Notes: generated from the letters alone by a model not told the origin. A stretch of 61,597 nucleotides of DNA from Malacoraja senta (GCA_038087875.1 JAXLNO010000197.1:1-61597); one strand, 5' to 3'. Positions 11,788-23,735 are shown, numbered from the stretch's first letter. Translations and numbers: made by a program.

Positions 11788-12165
11788 CAGAGAGAGGGAG
11801 AGAGAGAGAGAGAGAGAGAGAAAGGCAGAGAGAAAGAGAGAGAGAGGGGAGAGAGAGAGAGGGAGAGAGAGGGAGAGAGAGAAAGAGAGAGAGAGAGAAA
11901 GAGAGACAGAGAGAGAGAGAGAGAAAAAGAGAAAAAAGAGAGAAAGAAAGAAAGAGAGAGAAAGAGAGAGTGACGGGGTGGGGTGCGAAGAGATCAAGAG
12001 AGAGAGGGGCGAGTGAAATTGCAAGGAAAAAGAGAATGGGAAGAAGGAGAGAGAGGCAATCGGAGAGAGTGAGAGAGCAAGGGGGAGAGTGGAGAGAGTG
12101 AGAGTGGGAAAGAGAGAGAGAGAGGTGGGTGGGTGAGGAAGAAGGGAAGATTTTGGAGAGAGGGG
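11575..12165 (+). repeat. (GA)n-rich polypurine low-complexity tract
   Basis: About 590 nt dominated by GA/GGA repeats. Confidence 0.95.
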
Positions 12166-12887
12166 GCAAGAGTTACAGGCATAGCGAGGGTTAAATCGAA
12201 GCAACAATGCGTGGTTCCCCTCCGAGAGACCTCTTGGTGGAAGTAGCAGAATAATATTGACACTTCCCTCAAACTGGAGGCAGCTTCTCGGGGGGGGGGG
12301 GAAGATATAGGTTGCTTCTTTCCCCACTAGAAAACCAACCAATGCTTTCAATATTTCCAAGGTCCCCGGCAGGTTTGCTGCCTCGGGAAATATTGTCAAG
12401 GAATCCGATGGGTAACATTTCAAAAATCAATGGCAGCCGAGCCAAGGATTGGCTCCGTGCCAAGTGGCTTTGACCCTGTGGAGTGCAATGGAACCAGTCA
12501 GCTTCTGGCCCGTTTACAGTCCCAGACTATGGATCTCTTCATCGGGTCATAAGATAAACCTCAAGACAAATGTCCACAAGCATTCCTTCTGAGAGCAGTC
12601 AAAATCCAAGCATCCAGCCACATCCAAGTTTACCGCCACAGAGGATTCATTTGTGCAGGAAGGAACTGTTGACGCTGGTTTACCCCGAATATAGACACAA
12701 AATACTGGAGTAACTCAGCGGGACCGAAAAAGTCATTGCCTATAATCAAGATAGATTCTTGATCAGTACGGGTGTCAGGGGCTATGGTGAGAGGGCAGGA
12801 GAATGGGGTTGGGAGGGAGAGATAGATCAGCCATGATTGAATGGCGGAGTAGACTTGATGGGCCAAATGTCCAAATTCTACTCCTAT

Positions 12888-13330
12888 CATAGATACATAG
12901 ATACATAGAAAATAGGTGCAGGAGTAGGCCATTCGGCCCTTCGAGCCTGCACCGCCATTCAATATGATCATGGCTGATCATCCAACTCAGTATCCCGTAC
13001 CTGCCTTCTCTCCATACCCCCTGATCCCTATAGCCACAAGGGCCACATCTAACTCCCTCTTAAATATAGCCAATGAACTGGCCTCGACTACCCTCTGTGG
13101 CAGAGAGTTCCAGAGATTCCCCACTCTCTGTGTGAAAAAGTGTTTCCTCATCTCGGTCTTAAAGGATTTCCCCCTTATCCTTAAGCTGTGACCCCCTTGT
13201 CCTGGACTTCCCCAACATCGGGAACAATCTTCCTGCATCTAGCCTGTCCAACCCCATAAGAATTTTTGTACGTTTCTATAAGATCCCCTCTATAAGATCC
13301 CCTCTCAATCTCCTAAATCCTAGCGAGTAT
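12888..13330 (-). mobile_element. CR1 LINE 3' fragment (same young subfamily as 4648-5215)
   Basis: GHSLRIRGKSFKTEMRKHFFTQRVGNLWNSLP; (CTATGTAT)n tail. Confidence 0.9.
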
Positions 13331-14425
13331 CACCTATGAACATGACAAAAAAAAAGTCTGGACTTCTTTTCACCGTATTAATTTAACTGAATCATCCCAC
13401 CACAGCTCGAGTGTGGTCCTGAACTACTAGCTGCCTCATTGGTGACCCTCGGACTATCCTTGATCGGATTTTACTGGCTTTACCTTGCACTAAACGTTAT
13501 TCCGATATCGTATATCTGTACACTGTACATGTGCAGTGACTTTGTCGATTATAATCATGTATTAGAGATTCCTTTATTTGTCATTCAGACCTTTCGGTCT
13601 GAACGAAATTTCGTTGCCTGCAGTCATACATATAATAATAAATGACAAAACACACAATAAACACAAATTAACATCCACCACAGTGAGTTCACCAGGTACC
13701 TCCTCACTGTGATGGAGGCAAAAGTCTTAAAGTCTCTGTCTCTTCCCGCTTTCTTCTCCCTCTGCGCTGAGGCGATCCAGGCTTCTGATGTTGTGACCCC
13801 GCCGGGCGACGGTAAGCCAGTCCCGCTGACTAGTTAGGTCGCAACAAAAGTCTTTCACTGTACGCGTGACAATTAACTGAACCGAACTAACTAATTCAAT
13901 TTGCACATAAGAAATAGCAGCAGTGGAGACACAAGCAGCTGCAGATGAGTGAAATCCTGGGCTGGAGTAACTCAGCGGGTCAGGCTGCATCTCTGGAGAA
14001 CATGCATAGGTGATGTTTAGGGTCAGGTGTGAGGAAGGGTCCCAATGCTTTAGTCTGAAGAAGGGTTTACCGAAGAAAGCATTGCTGTGATCTTCAGACT
14101 TTACACCTAGTGAAGACCCACCCCCACATGTTTTCCAACTTTCTCCCCCCACTATATCAATCTGAAGAGAGTCCCGACCGAAACAGTCACCTCTCTATGT
14201 CCTCCAGAGATGCTGCCCGAAGCTGAAGCAAAGCAAGGATGTCATTGTCCTATCTGGGACACATGACAAGAAACCTCTCTTGACTTGACTTGACTTGACT
14301 TGACCCGCTGAGTTTTACTCCAACACTCTGTGCTCAAGACGCTAAACATTAGAGATGCAGCGAGGGTCCACTGAGTCCGCGCGGACCAGAGATCACCTCC
14401 ATACACCAGCACTATCCTACACACC

Positions 14426-14612
14426 GGGGTGGTTTGCCAGGTGAGGAGGGGGGCTGCGGACCCCCAGCAGGACCAAAGACAAGACCTGCCAAAGGGCGGA
14501 TGAGCTCCGAGCGAGCCAACGGCCATCCACACTTCAGTAGAAGTTGCGATCACTGGCGTACATAGCGTTGTAGGCACCGTACCCGTTGATGTTTCCAACG
14601 ATGATGATGATG
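14426..14612 (+). mobile_element. Short retroposon with (GAT)n tail, possibly RTE-related
   Basis: Interrupts a SINE remnant; ends (GAT)5; GGCCATCCACACTTCAGTA resembles the RTE/BovB 5'UTR motif GGCAAACCACTTCAGTA. Confidence 0.4.
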
Positions 14613-15933
14613 AATGCATCTACTAGGGTCATGAGTTCATAGGTGATAGGAGCAGAATTAGGACATTTGGCCCATCAACTCTACTCCGCCATTCAATCAT
14701 GGCTGATCTATCTCTCCCTCTCAACCCCATTCTCCTGCCTTCTCCCCATAGCCCCCGACACCCGTACTGATCAAGAATCTGTCCATCTTGATTATAGACG
14801 ATGACTTACCCTCCACAGTCATTGGAGGCCTTAAAGCCACCCAATGACTTGGCCTCCACAGCCGTCTGTGGCAATGAGTTCCACAGATTCACCACCCTCT
14901 AAGTAAAGTCTACCGCGTAAACCAGAGAGCCGGCAGTTGCATCACCGCGCAGTGCTGGTCGGCTCACAATCCTGGCAACAGCCAGCTGTAAAACAAAACC
15001 CATACCCTCGCTCACGAGATGCGAGCTAAGCAACTTTCGTGAGGGCGACGGATACTTTTGCCTACATTCCGCTAATTAAAACGCAGAGAAAAATCAATCC
15101 CCTCATTTAATCATCTCCATTTAACGTCCCCATGACGCCACGACCTGTTGGCGATTCATTTTGATGAATGCCCACAATTACACAATCTAAACAAGCTGAC
15201 CCAAAGCCAGATCAGTGCAAGGAAGGTGGCCTGGGTTTGACAAGCTTAACTTGCAGCTATTCTTCAATGCTCTGCATTCACATTGGACCTGGGCATCCTG
15301 TTCACCCGGTACAATGGTATGTTATTGCCACATGACAAGAGTCACACAGCCTGGAAACAGGCCCTTCGGCCCAACTTGCCAATGCCGACCAACATGTCCC
15401 ATCTACACTAGTTCCCACCTGCCTGCGTTTGGCCCATATCCTTCTTATCAATGTACCTTGTTACAGTGAAGATAGACACAAAATGCTGGAGTAACTCAGC
15501 AGGACAGGCAGCATCTCTGGAGAGAAGGAATGGGTATCGTTTCAGGTCGAGACCCTTCTTCAGACTGAAGACTGAACGTCACCCATTCCTTCTCTCCAGA
15601 GATGCAGCCTGCCCCGCTGAGTTACTCCAGCATTTTGTGTCTATCTTATACATAAGCACAACCATAGCCAAATCAAAATAGCGGAGTCAGGGGATATGGG
15701 GAGAAGGCAGGAACGGGGTACTGATTGGGCATGATCAGCCATGATCACATTGAATGGCGGTGCTGGCTCGAAGGGCCGAATGGCCTCCTCCTGCACCTAT
15801 TGTCTATTGTCTACAGAATGTAGAATGCAAGGAACTGCAGATGCCAGTTTACTCAAAAATGCTGGAGTAACTCAGCGGGTCAGGCAGCATCCCCGGAGAA
15901 CATGGATAGGTGACGTTTCGGGTCAGGACCCTT

Positions 15934-16690
15934 CTTCAGACAGTAACTGACTATTCAGATTTCAGTCTGAAGAAGGGTCCCGACCCAAAACAGCACCTAT
16001 CCATGTTCTCCACAGATGCTGCCTGACCCGTTGAGTTACTCCAGCACTCTGTGAAACGTCACCTATCCTTGTTCTCCAGAGATGCTGCCTGACCCGCTGA
16101 GTTACTCCAGCACTCTGTGAAACGTCACCTATCCATGTTCTCCACAGATGCTGCCTGACCCGCTGAGTTGCTCCAGCACTCTGTGAAACGTCACCTATCC
16201 ATGTTCCGGCAGCATCTATGGAGCGAAGGAAATAGGCAACGTTTCGGCCCGAAACCCTTCCGGGTTTCGGCCCGAAACGTTGCCTATTTCCTTCAGGGTT
16301 TCGGCCCGAAAGGTTGCCCATTTCCTTCGCTCCACAGATGCTGCCTGACCCGCTGAGTTACTCCAGCACTCTGTGAAACGTCACCTATCCATGTTCCCCA
16401 CAGATGCTGCCTGACCCGCTGAGTTACTCCAGCACTCTGTCTCTTTCTCCACCAAGGGTGCAAGAACAGTAAATGACACTGAGGCTGGACGCCATGTTTC
16501 CGACACCATGTAGCACCCATCAAATTCGAACGTTGTTAAAAGTGTAGAATTATAACTTGCGCAGGAGGGAACTGCAGATGCTGGTTTACACCGAAGATGG
16601 ACACAAAATGCTGGAGTAACTCAGCGGGACAGGCAGCATGTCTGGAGAGAAGCTTCTATCCTTCTCATCCAGAGATGTGATGTTAGGGCG
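15934..16690 (+). repeat. Inverted duplication, left arm (contains 66-bp array 15990-16440)
   Basis: Near-identical reverse complement of 19815-20506, including non-repetitive sequence at 16441-16560. Confidence 0.9.
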
Positions 16691-17015
16691 GCACGGTGAC
16701 GCAACGGTAGAGTTGCTGCCTTACAGCGATTGCAGCGCCGGAGACCCGGGTTCGATCCTGACTACGGGTGCTGTCTGTAAGGAGTTTGTACGTTCTCCCC
16801 GTGACCTGCGCGGGTTTTCTTCGAGATCTCCGGTTTCCTCCCACACTCCAAAGACGTGCAGGTATGTAGGTTAATTGGCTTGGTAAATGTTTTTAAAAAC
16901 CTGTCCCTAGTGGGTATAGGATAGTGTTAATGTGCGGGGATCGCTGATCGGCGCGGACCCGGTGGGCCGAGAGGGCCTGTTTCCGCGCTGCATCTCTATA
17001 CTAACATAAACTAAA
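16686..17015 (+). mobile_element. HE1-like V-SINE, full length
   Basis: GGGCGGCACGGTG head, GGTTCGATCC B-box, V domain and tail. Confidence 0.85.
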
Positions 17016-17899
17016 AGATGCTGCCTGTCCCGCTGAGTTACTCCAGCATTTTGTGTCCGTCGTTTACCGTCAGAACCTGGCCATCAAGGATCCTTTGTCC
17101 TGGCTCTGACACTGGGTCAGAGTTGCGGAGATCGACCTGGCCAGGCAATGTTGTCGGAGGTGACAGTAGTAAGAGTCAAGAGAGTTTAACAAGCACCTGG
17201 GACCAGTGCAACGAGATCCGTATTTGTAGCGACTTTACGGGCAACAAATAAATGGACAATAAATGATCAGTATCCTAGTAAACCAGACCACGAAAGTACA
17301 AGCTAACTCTCAGTCTGAAGGACCGTCAATATCTCTCCTTTCTCTTTCTCCCGACCCTCAGCCTGAAGAGGGGGTCACGGCCCGGAACGCCACCTGTTCC
17401 TTTTCTCCAGAGAAGCTGCCTGACCGTCCGAGTTACTCCGGGGGGCCTTTGGACAAAGGGCCGGGAAGAGAACTGGGAGGCAGTCGCGGTGGCGCAGCGG
17501 TAGAGTTGCTGCCTTACAGCAGAATACAGCACCGGAGACCCGGGTTCGATCCCGACTACGGGCGCTGTCTATAGGGAGTTTGTACCTTCTCCCCGTGACC
17601 TGCGTGGGTTTTCTGCGAGATCTTTGCTTTTCTCCCACACTCCAAAGACGTGCAGGTTTGTAGGTTAATTGGCTTGATAAATGTAAAAAAATAATGTCCA
17701 GGATAAAAGTGTCCAACATCCAGTATGGTCCCTGGTGGACTCTTCGGAAGGTACAAGGTACAAGGACCAACCTTCCGCATCTTCAAGGTCGGCTGCGGGA
17801 GGCTTCCCCTGGGGCACGAACGCTACAGGCCCGGAGAACAGAGGAGGACATCTCGCTGGTGAACCAACTGAGGTGATGGCAGCAATGGGCCCTCATGAC

Positions 17900-18310
17900 C
17901 AAAGACCCTACAGCGAGCAAGATAGTCCGCTCGACGAAAAAGACGTAGTACGGTCATGGGCAGATTCATGGGGTAATTTTCGGCCCCATTTCCGTAACCG
18001 GCTTCCGTCTCCGCACCAAAGATCCCACAGCGGAGCAAAGATAACTAGTGCGGAGACGGAAGCCGGTTACGGAAACATCCTCGTAAAAATAAAAGTTCTT
18101 TGGTAAAAATCTTCTCCTCATTTTCAGAATTATAATTTATTAACACAAACTGTTCCCCCGCAACGTTGATTACACTGCGGGTCGGGTCGGGTCGGGTTGG
18201 GTTACTGAAATGGATGAAAAAAAGGCCCACGTTCCACTCCGTTGCGTACTACACGTCAGCCCATTGCATTTAGCAGGAGTGGTCTATCTTGCTCCGCTAT
18301 AGCATCTTTG
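17900..18310. mobile_element. Non-autonomous DNA transposon, P-element-like (CAAAG termini, 8-bp TSD)
   Basis: Imperfect ~33-bp TIRs CAAAGACCCTACAGCGAGCAAGATAG / CTATCTTGCTCCGCTATAGCATCTTTG; TSD CTCATGAC/GTCATGAC; internal perfect 28-bp inverted repeat; near-identical copy at 34081-34486. Confidence 0.8.
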
Positions 18311-18552
18311 GTCATGACCAGCTGCAGCTTGACTGTGTAAAATGGCACCAAGACCATATGGATTCAGGGTGCTGTTGCCGTGAATGGGGAACTTAATCAG
18401 GGATTGCCTTCATGTATGGCAATAACCTCGCTGATTTATATGGCAAATATGTATTTCACTACGGGTGCTGTCTGTACGGAGTTTGTACGTTCTCCCTGTG
18501 ACCACGTGGGTTTCCTCTGGCTTCCTCCCACACTCCAAAGAAATGCAGGTTT

Positions 18553-19250
18553 ATAGACAATAGACAATAGGTGCAGGAGTACGCCATTCGGCCCTTCGAG
18601 CCAGCACCGCCATTCAATGTGATCATGGCTGATCATCCCCAATCAGTACCCCGTTCCTGCCTTCTCCCCATATCCCCCTGACTCCGCTATTTTTAAGAGC
18701 CCTATCTAGCTCTCTTTTGAAAGCATCCAGAGAACCTGCCTCCACCGCCCTCTGAGGTAGAGAATTTCACAGACTCACAACTCTCTGTGAGAAAAAGTGT
18801 TTCATCGTCTCCGTTCCAAATGGCTTACTCCTTATTCTTAAACTGTGGCCCCTGGTTCTGGACCCCCCCGAACATCGGGAACATGTTTCCTGCCTCTAGC
18901 GTGTCCAAACCCTTAACAATCATATGTTTCTATGAGAACCCCTCTCATCCTTCTAAACCCCAGAGTGTACAAGCCCAGCCGCTCCATTCTCTCAGCATAT
19001 GACAGTCCCGCCATCCCGGGAATTAATCGTGTAAACCTACTCTGCACTCCCTCAATAGCAAGAATGTCCTTCCTCAAATTAGGGGACCAAAACTGCACAC
19101 AATACTCCAGGTATGGTCTCACTAGGGCTCTGTACAACTGCAGAAGGACCTATTTGCTCCTACACTGGACTCCTCTTGTTATAAAGGCCAACATGCCATT
19201 GGCTTTCTTCACTGCCTGCTGTACCTGCATGTTTACTTTCATAGACTGAT
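18553..19250 (-). mobile_element. CR1 LINE 3' fragment
   Basis: YRALVRPYLEYCVQFWSPNLRKDILAIEGVQSRFTRLIPG; adjoins a SINE fragment at 18455-18552. Confidence 0.9.
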
Positions 19251-19519
19251 GGACAGTCTATGAAAGTGTTTCGCTGCAACTTGGTACATGTGACAATAAA
19301 AGAACCATTGAATGTAATGTGTGGCCTTCATCAACCGATGTAAACAGCAGGCCACAATGTCAGCCCACCCATCACCCTGAGGATTGGCTCCCTGTGTCAC
19401 TGGCCCAGAGAAGCCTTACTGAACTTATTAACACAACCATCAAAGTTACGCTCTCTTCCAATTGTTTTTCTGTCTCCATCTACCTCTGTCTCCCCCCTCA
19501 GGCCATGACTTTACTTATA

Positions 19520-19820
19520 GAGGAACAGCACGGAAACAGGCCCTTCGGCCCTCTGAGTCCGCACCGACCAGCGATCCCCGCTCATTAACACTATGCAACA
19601 CACACGAGGGACAATTTACAATTTTACAGAAGCCAATTCACCTGCAGACCTGTGCGTCGTTGGAGTGTGGGAGGAATCTGGAGAAAACCTAGGCGATCAC
19701 GGGGGGGGGAGAACGTACAAACTCTGTGCAGACAGCACCCGCAGTCAGGATCGAACCCGCGTCTCTGGCGCTGCATTCGCTGTAAGGCAGCAACTCTACC
19801 GCTGTGCCACTGTGCCGCCC
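19520..19820 (-). mobile_element. HE1-like V-SINE
   Basis: Reverse-complement head and V domain. Confidence 0.8.
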
Positions 19821-20506
19821 TAACATCACATCTCTGGATGAGAAGGATAGAAGCTTCTCTCCAGAGATGCTGCCTGTCCCGCTGAGTTACTCCAGCATTT
19901 TGTGTCCATCTTCGGTGTAAACCAGCATCTGCAGTTCCTTCCTGCACAAGTTATAATTCTACACTTTTAACAACGTTCGAATTTGATGGGTGCTACATGG
20001 TGTCGAAAACATGGCGTCCAGCCTCGGTGTCATTTACTGTTCTTGCACCCTTGGTGGAGAAAGAGACAGAGTGCTGGAGTAACTCAGCGGGTCAGGCAGC
20101 ATCTGTGGAGAACATGGATAGGTGACGTTTCACAGAGTGCTGGAGTAACTCAGCGGGTCAGGCAGCATCTGTGGAGCGAAGGAAATGGGCAACCTTTCGG
20201 GCCGAAACCCTGAAGGAAATAGGCAACGTTTCGGGCCGAAACCCGGAAGGGTTTCGGGCCGAAACGTTGCCTATTTCCTTCGCTCCATAGATGCTGCCGG
20301 AACATGGATAGGTGACGTTTCACAGAGTGCTGGAGTAACTCAGCGGGTCAGGCAGCATCTCTGGAGAACATGGATAGGTGACGTTTCACAGAGTGCTGGA
20401 GTAACTCAGCGGGTCAGGCAGCATCTCTGGAGAACATGGATAGGTGACGTTTTGGGTCAGGACCCTTCTTCAGACTGAAATCTGAATAGTCGGTTACTGT
20501 CTGAAG
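19815..20506 (-). repeat. Inverted duplication, right arm (contains 66-bp array)
   Basis: Reverse complement of 15934-16690 with one fewer 66-bp unit. Confidence 0.9.
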
Positions 20507-21089
20507 GCAGCAACTCTACCGCTGCGCCACCGTGCCGCCCCCAGAATTCCATAATCCCACAAATCTGGCTGCAAATATGCTCCCCCTCTTCTTCCTTACA
20601 GTCCTTCTGCCTTCCACTTTCAACGTGCACCGGCCAGTGCACACCAGATTTCTAATGGACACTGGTTCTTCCCTAATCACCCTGCGTTCTACAACCCATC
20701 TGCTGGGTCCTCCTCTGCACCAAAGCAAACAACCCCCCAATCCTAGCTCAAAGCAAACTATCTAAACCCACATTAAATGCGTGAGAAAGAACTGCAGATG
20801 CTGGTTTAAATCGAAAGTAGACACAAAATGCTGGAGTAACTCAGCGGGACAGGCAGCATCTCTGGAGAGAAGGAGTGGGTGACGTTTCAGGTCGGGACCC
20901 TTCATCAGACTATTTAATGTCGGCGCAGGAGCATAATGTTAGTTCAGAACATCCTCGGCTGCCCTAACCACAACCCGAACCCTAACTCTAACCCACCAGC
21001 GACCATGAGTGCGGCCAAGAGGAGTTCTCTCAGGGATCAGTAGAGCGTCCCTCGTAGCCAGGGTACGGAGGGCAAGGACCGCCGCCGCT

Positions 21090-21330
21090 CCGCCTAGGGT
21101 CCGTAGGGGGAGGAATGACTCTGCTGTCAGTGAGCGAAGGACTGGTGACGGCATCTCGGGAGCTGAAGATGTCCTGGTTGGGTTGCTCCGAGGCCTGGCC
21201 AAGCTGGCCATCCGCGAGTCACGGCGCCAGGCGGAAGAGGCCTTTGCCCGAGTCAGATGCTTGCCCCACTAACACCACCCGGGGTTACGTCCGCGCCCGG
21301 GTGGTGATAGAGAGGGGCATAGTTGTGTAG
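21090..21330 (+). mobile_element. Tx1/L1-clade LINE, ORF2 C-terminal fragment
   Basis: AEDVLVGLLRGLAKLAIRESRRQA...RGYVRARVVIER; probable AT-rich 3'UTR and poly(A) continuing at 21757-21859. Confidence 0.6.
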
Positions 21331-21379
21331 TAGTTCTTTAGTATATTTGTAAGGAATGTAACACAGTTGTTTGAAAATC

Positions 21380-21755
21380 TAGTGGCCAGGAAGCGAGTGG
21401 GCAAGATCATCTCTGACCCCTCTCACCCTGGCCACAAACTCTTTGAATCACTTCCCGCTGGAAGGCGACTCCGGACTGTCATGGCCGCCACGGCCAGACA
21501 TAAAAACAGTTTTTATCCACGAGTAGTTGCTCTACTCAACAGCCAAAAATCTGTAGCCTCCCTTTGATCTGGTATTTTGTTGGTTCACATGCTTGATCAA
21601 TGGTGTTTTATCATTAATGTTTTATTATTATTAATGTTTAGTGTTTTCTGAGTCATTCGTAACTGTCACTGTATGTCATGTTGTTACTTGTGGGCGGAGC
21701 ACCAAGGCAAATTCCTTGTATGTGAATACTTGGCCAATAAACTTATTTACTTACT
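21380..21755 (+). mobile_element. Rex1/Babar-type LINE, 3' fragment
   Basis: KIISDPSHPGHKLFESLPAGRRLRTVMAATARHKNSFYPRVVALLN; AATAAA followed by (TTAC)n tail. Confidence 0.8.
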
Positions 21756-22404
21756 TAGATAACTTGGTGATTTTGTGTTATGGTGGTGGGTGGGTGACCA
21801 CGGATTTGTTTTTGTATCGTGCCCATAAATTAAATAAATTATTTTTGATATTAAAAAAAGGAGCCCTCTCCAATTCTCCATGAATTGGTTTCACCAGATG
21901 GACCTAATCTCATCAGTAGAATGGCCATTAACTGAGATCCAGTGCCAGGAGCATCCGAGGGGTGTGCAGAAAATTCACTCAGAAGACGGAGGGGGATTGG
22001 AACGCATTACTGAGGGGGCTGTGGAGAAAGAGAAGTTAATCACACTTAAGTAGGCGATGTGCAGTCACCTCCAGGAACCAACTGCAGATCAAAAGCTGGG
22101 AAGTGAGATTAAGACGGATAGCTCTTCTACAGCCGACATGCACAATGGTGACCTCTATCTGATCCCCAAATTAGGGACTGAGAAATACTTAAAACTTACA
22201 GGGCTCAGGACAAAGAGCTGATAAATAGCGACACATTGGTAACTCTTGTGTCGAAACAAAGAAAATAGGTGCAGTGGGCCATTCAGCCCTTCGAGCCAGC
22301 ACCGCCATTCAATATGATCATGGCTGATCATCCAAAATCAGTACCCCATTCCTGCTTTTACCCCCATATCCCTTGATTCCATTAGCCCTAAGAGCTAAAT
22401 CTAA

Positions 22405-22817
22405 AGGGCCTGTCCCACTTGGGTGTCATTTGCGCGTAATTTACGCAACATCATTTACGTGTCGTGACGCATGGCGCGCTCGTCGTGCCTCAAATTGTGT
22501 TTCTGATTTTCTTTTTTGTGCCTTTGGAATGGAATTCTGTCCTTAATTTGTGTATTGTGATGTTGTTGATGTCCCTACTATATTATTTATTTTTTTATTC
22601 TGCTTATATGTTTTGTAATCTGCTTATCTGCAAGGCATCCTTGAGAGTCTTTGAAAGGCGCCCATAAGTGTAATGATAAATAAAAATAAAAAAATGGTGC
22701 ATGGTGATGTAGGCAGTGACGCGCGCTGCGCCCCAGGATTTTGGAACGTACCATTTGCAGGAAAATCTTTGCGCGTCATCTGCGTGGCGCAAATGACACC
22801 CAAGTGGGACAGGCCCT
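22405..22817. mobile_element. PIF/Harbinger-like MITE inside a CR1 fragment
   Basis: Perfect 31-bp TIR AGGGCCTGTCCCACTTGGGTGTCATTTGCGC; TAA TSD (22402-22404, 22818-22820); the host CR1 reads through when the element is removed. Confidence 0.85.
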
Positions 22818-23735
22818 TAACTCTGTGTTGAAAACATCCAGTGAATTGGCCTCCACTGCCATGCTGTTGTTAGCATAAGCCCCAGTAACATTGCACAGTA
22901 GACCTCACCGAGGCAGTTACACTCCAGAACCAGGAGTCACAGTTGAAGAATAAGGGGTCGGCCATTTAGGACTGAGATGAGGAAAACTTTTTTCACCCAG
23001 AGAGTTGTGAATCTGTGGAATTCTCTGCCACAGAAGGCAGTGGAGGCCAATTCACTGGATGTTATCAAGAGAGTTAGCTATAGCTCTTAGGGCAAAAGGG
23101 ATATGGGGGGGAAAAAGCAGGAACGGGGTACTGTTCTGGATGATCAGCCATGATCATAATTGAATGGCGGTGCTTCTTCAAAGGGCTGAATGGTCTACTC
23201 CTGCACCTATTTTCTATGTTTCTGTGTTTCTACATCCAAAGCGTTTAGCTATCAGGTTGCAAAAAATCAATGGAAGTGAGATTTGTTTTTTTGTTTCCAC
23301 GGCCCCCTCTCTCGCAATTGTTTCAAACGATCGCTGCAGCAAACCCATCTCTCACACCATGAGAGGGACCCCAGCCAGGCCTGGATTTCTTCCTCGCTCT
23401 GAGCACTGCAGATCCGCACAGCATGTTCCGTTGTTTGAACCTCTCATCAATGACCTGCTTTCACTTTGAACGAGAGCTCGGGAGGCATCACTCACTGATA
23501 AATACACCCTGCTGCGGACTTTTAGACTGCGCTGATTGGTGCAGGGCTTATAGTGGCTGAATCAGCGCGTGTCACGAGTGGATTTCTATATTGGCATTCA
23601 CGCTGGTACTTCTGGCAGCTAAGTAATTGCAGGATGGGGCTTCGAGAGGCTGCGTGCGAGCTGTTACAGGCATCTGCATCAATACAATAAAACTGTAAAG
23701 GCATGCTGCAAACCAACATTTAGAAAAGAAAAAGA

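Noticed and set aside
11425..12423. 332-aa ORF and overlapping ER/SL-rich ORFs
   Set aside because: Translations of the (GA)n tract.
15962..16321. Repeat-protein ORFs (TWIGDVSQSAGVTQRVRQHLWR)n
   Set aside because: By-product of a 66-bp (3n) unit lacking stops in one frame; no splice signals or protein family resemblance.
16686..16770. tRNA genes
   Set aside because: A/B boxes belong to SINE heads that run directly into the V domain; no complete cloverleaf or terminator.
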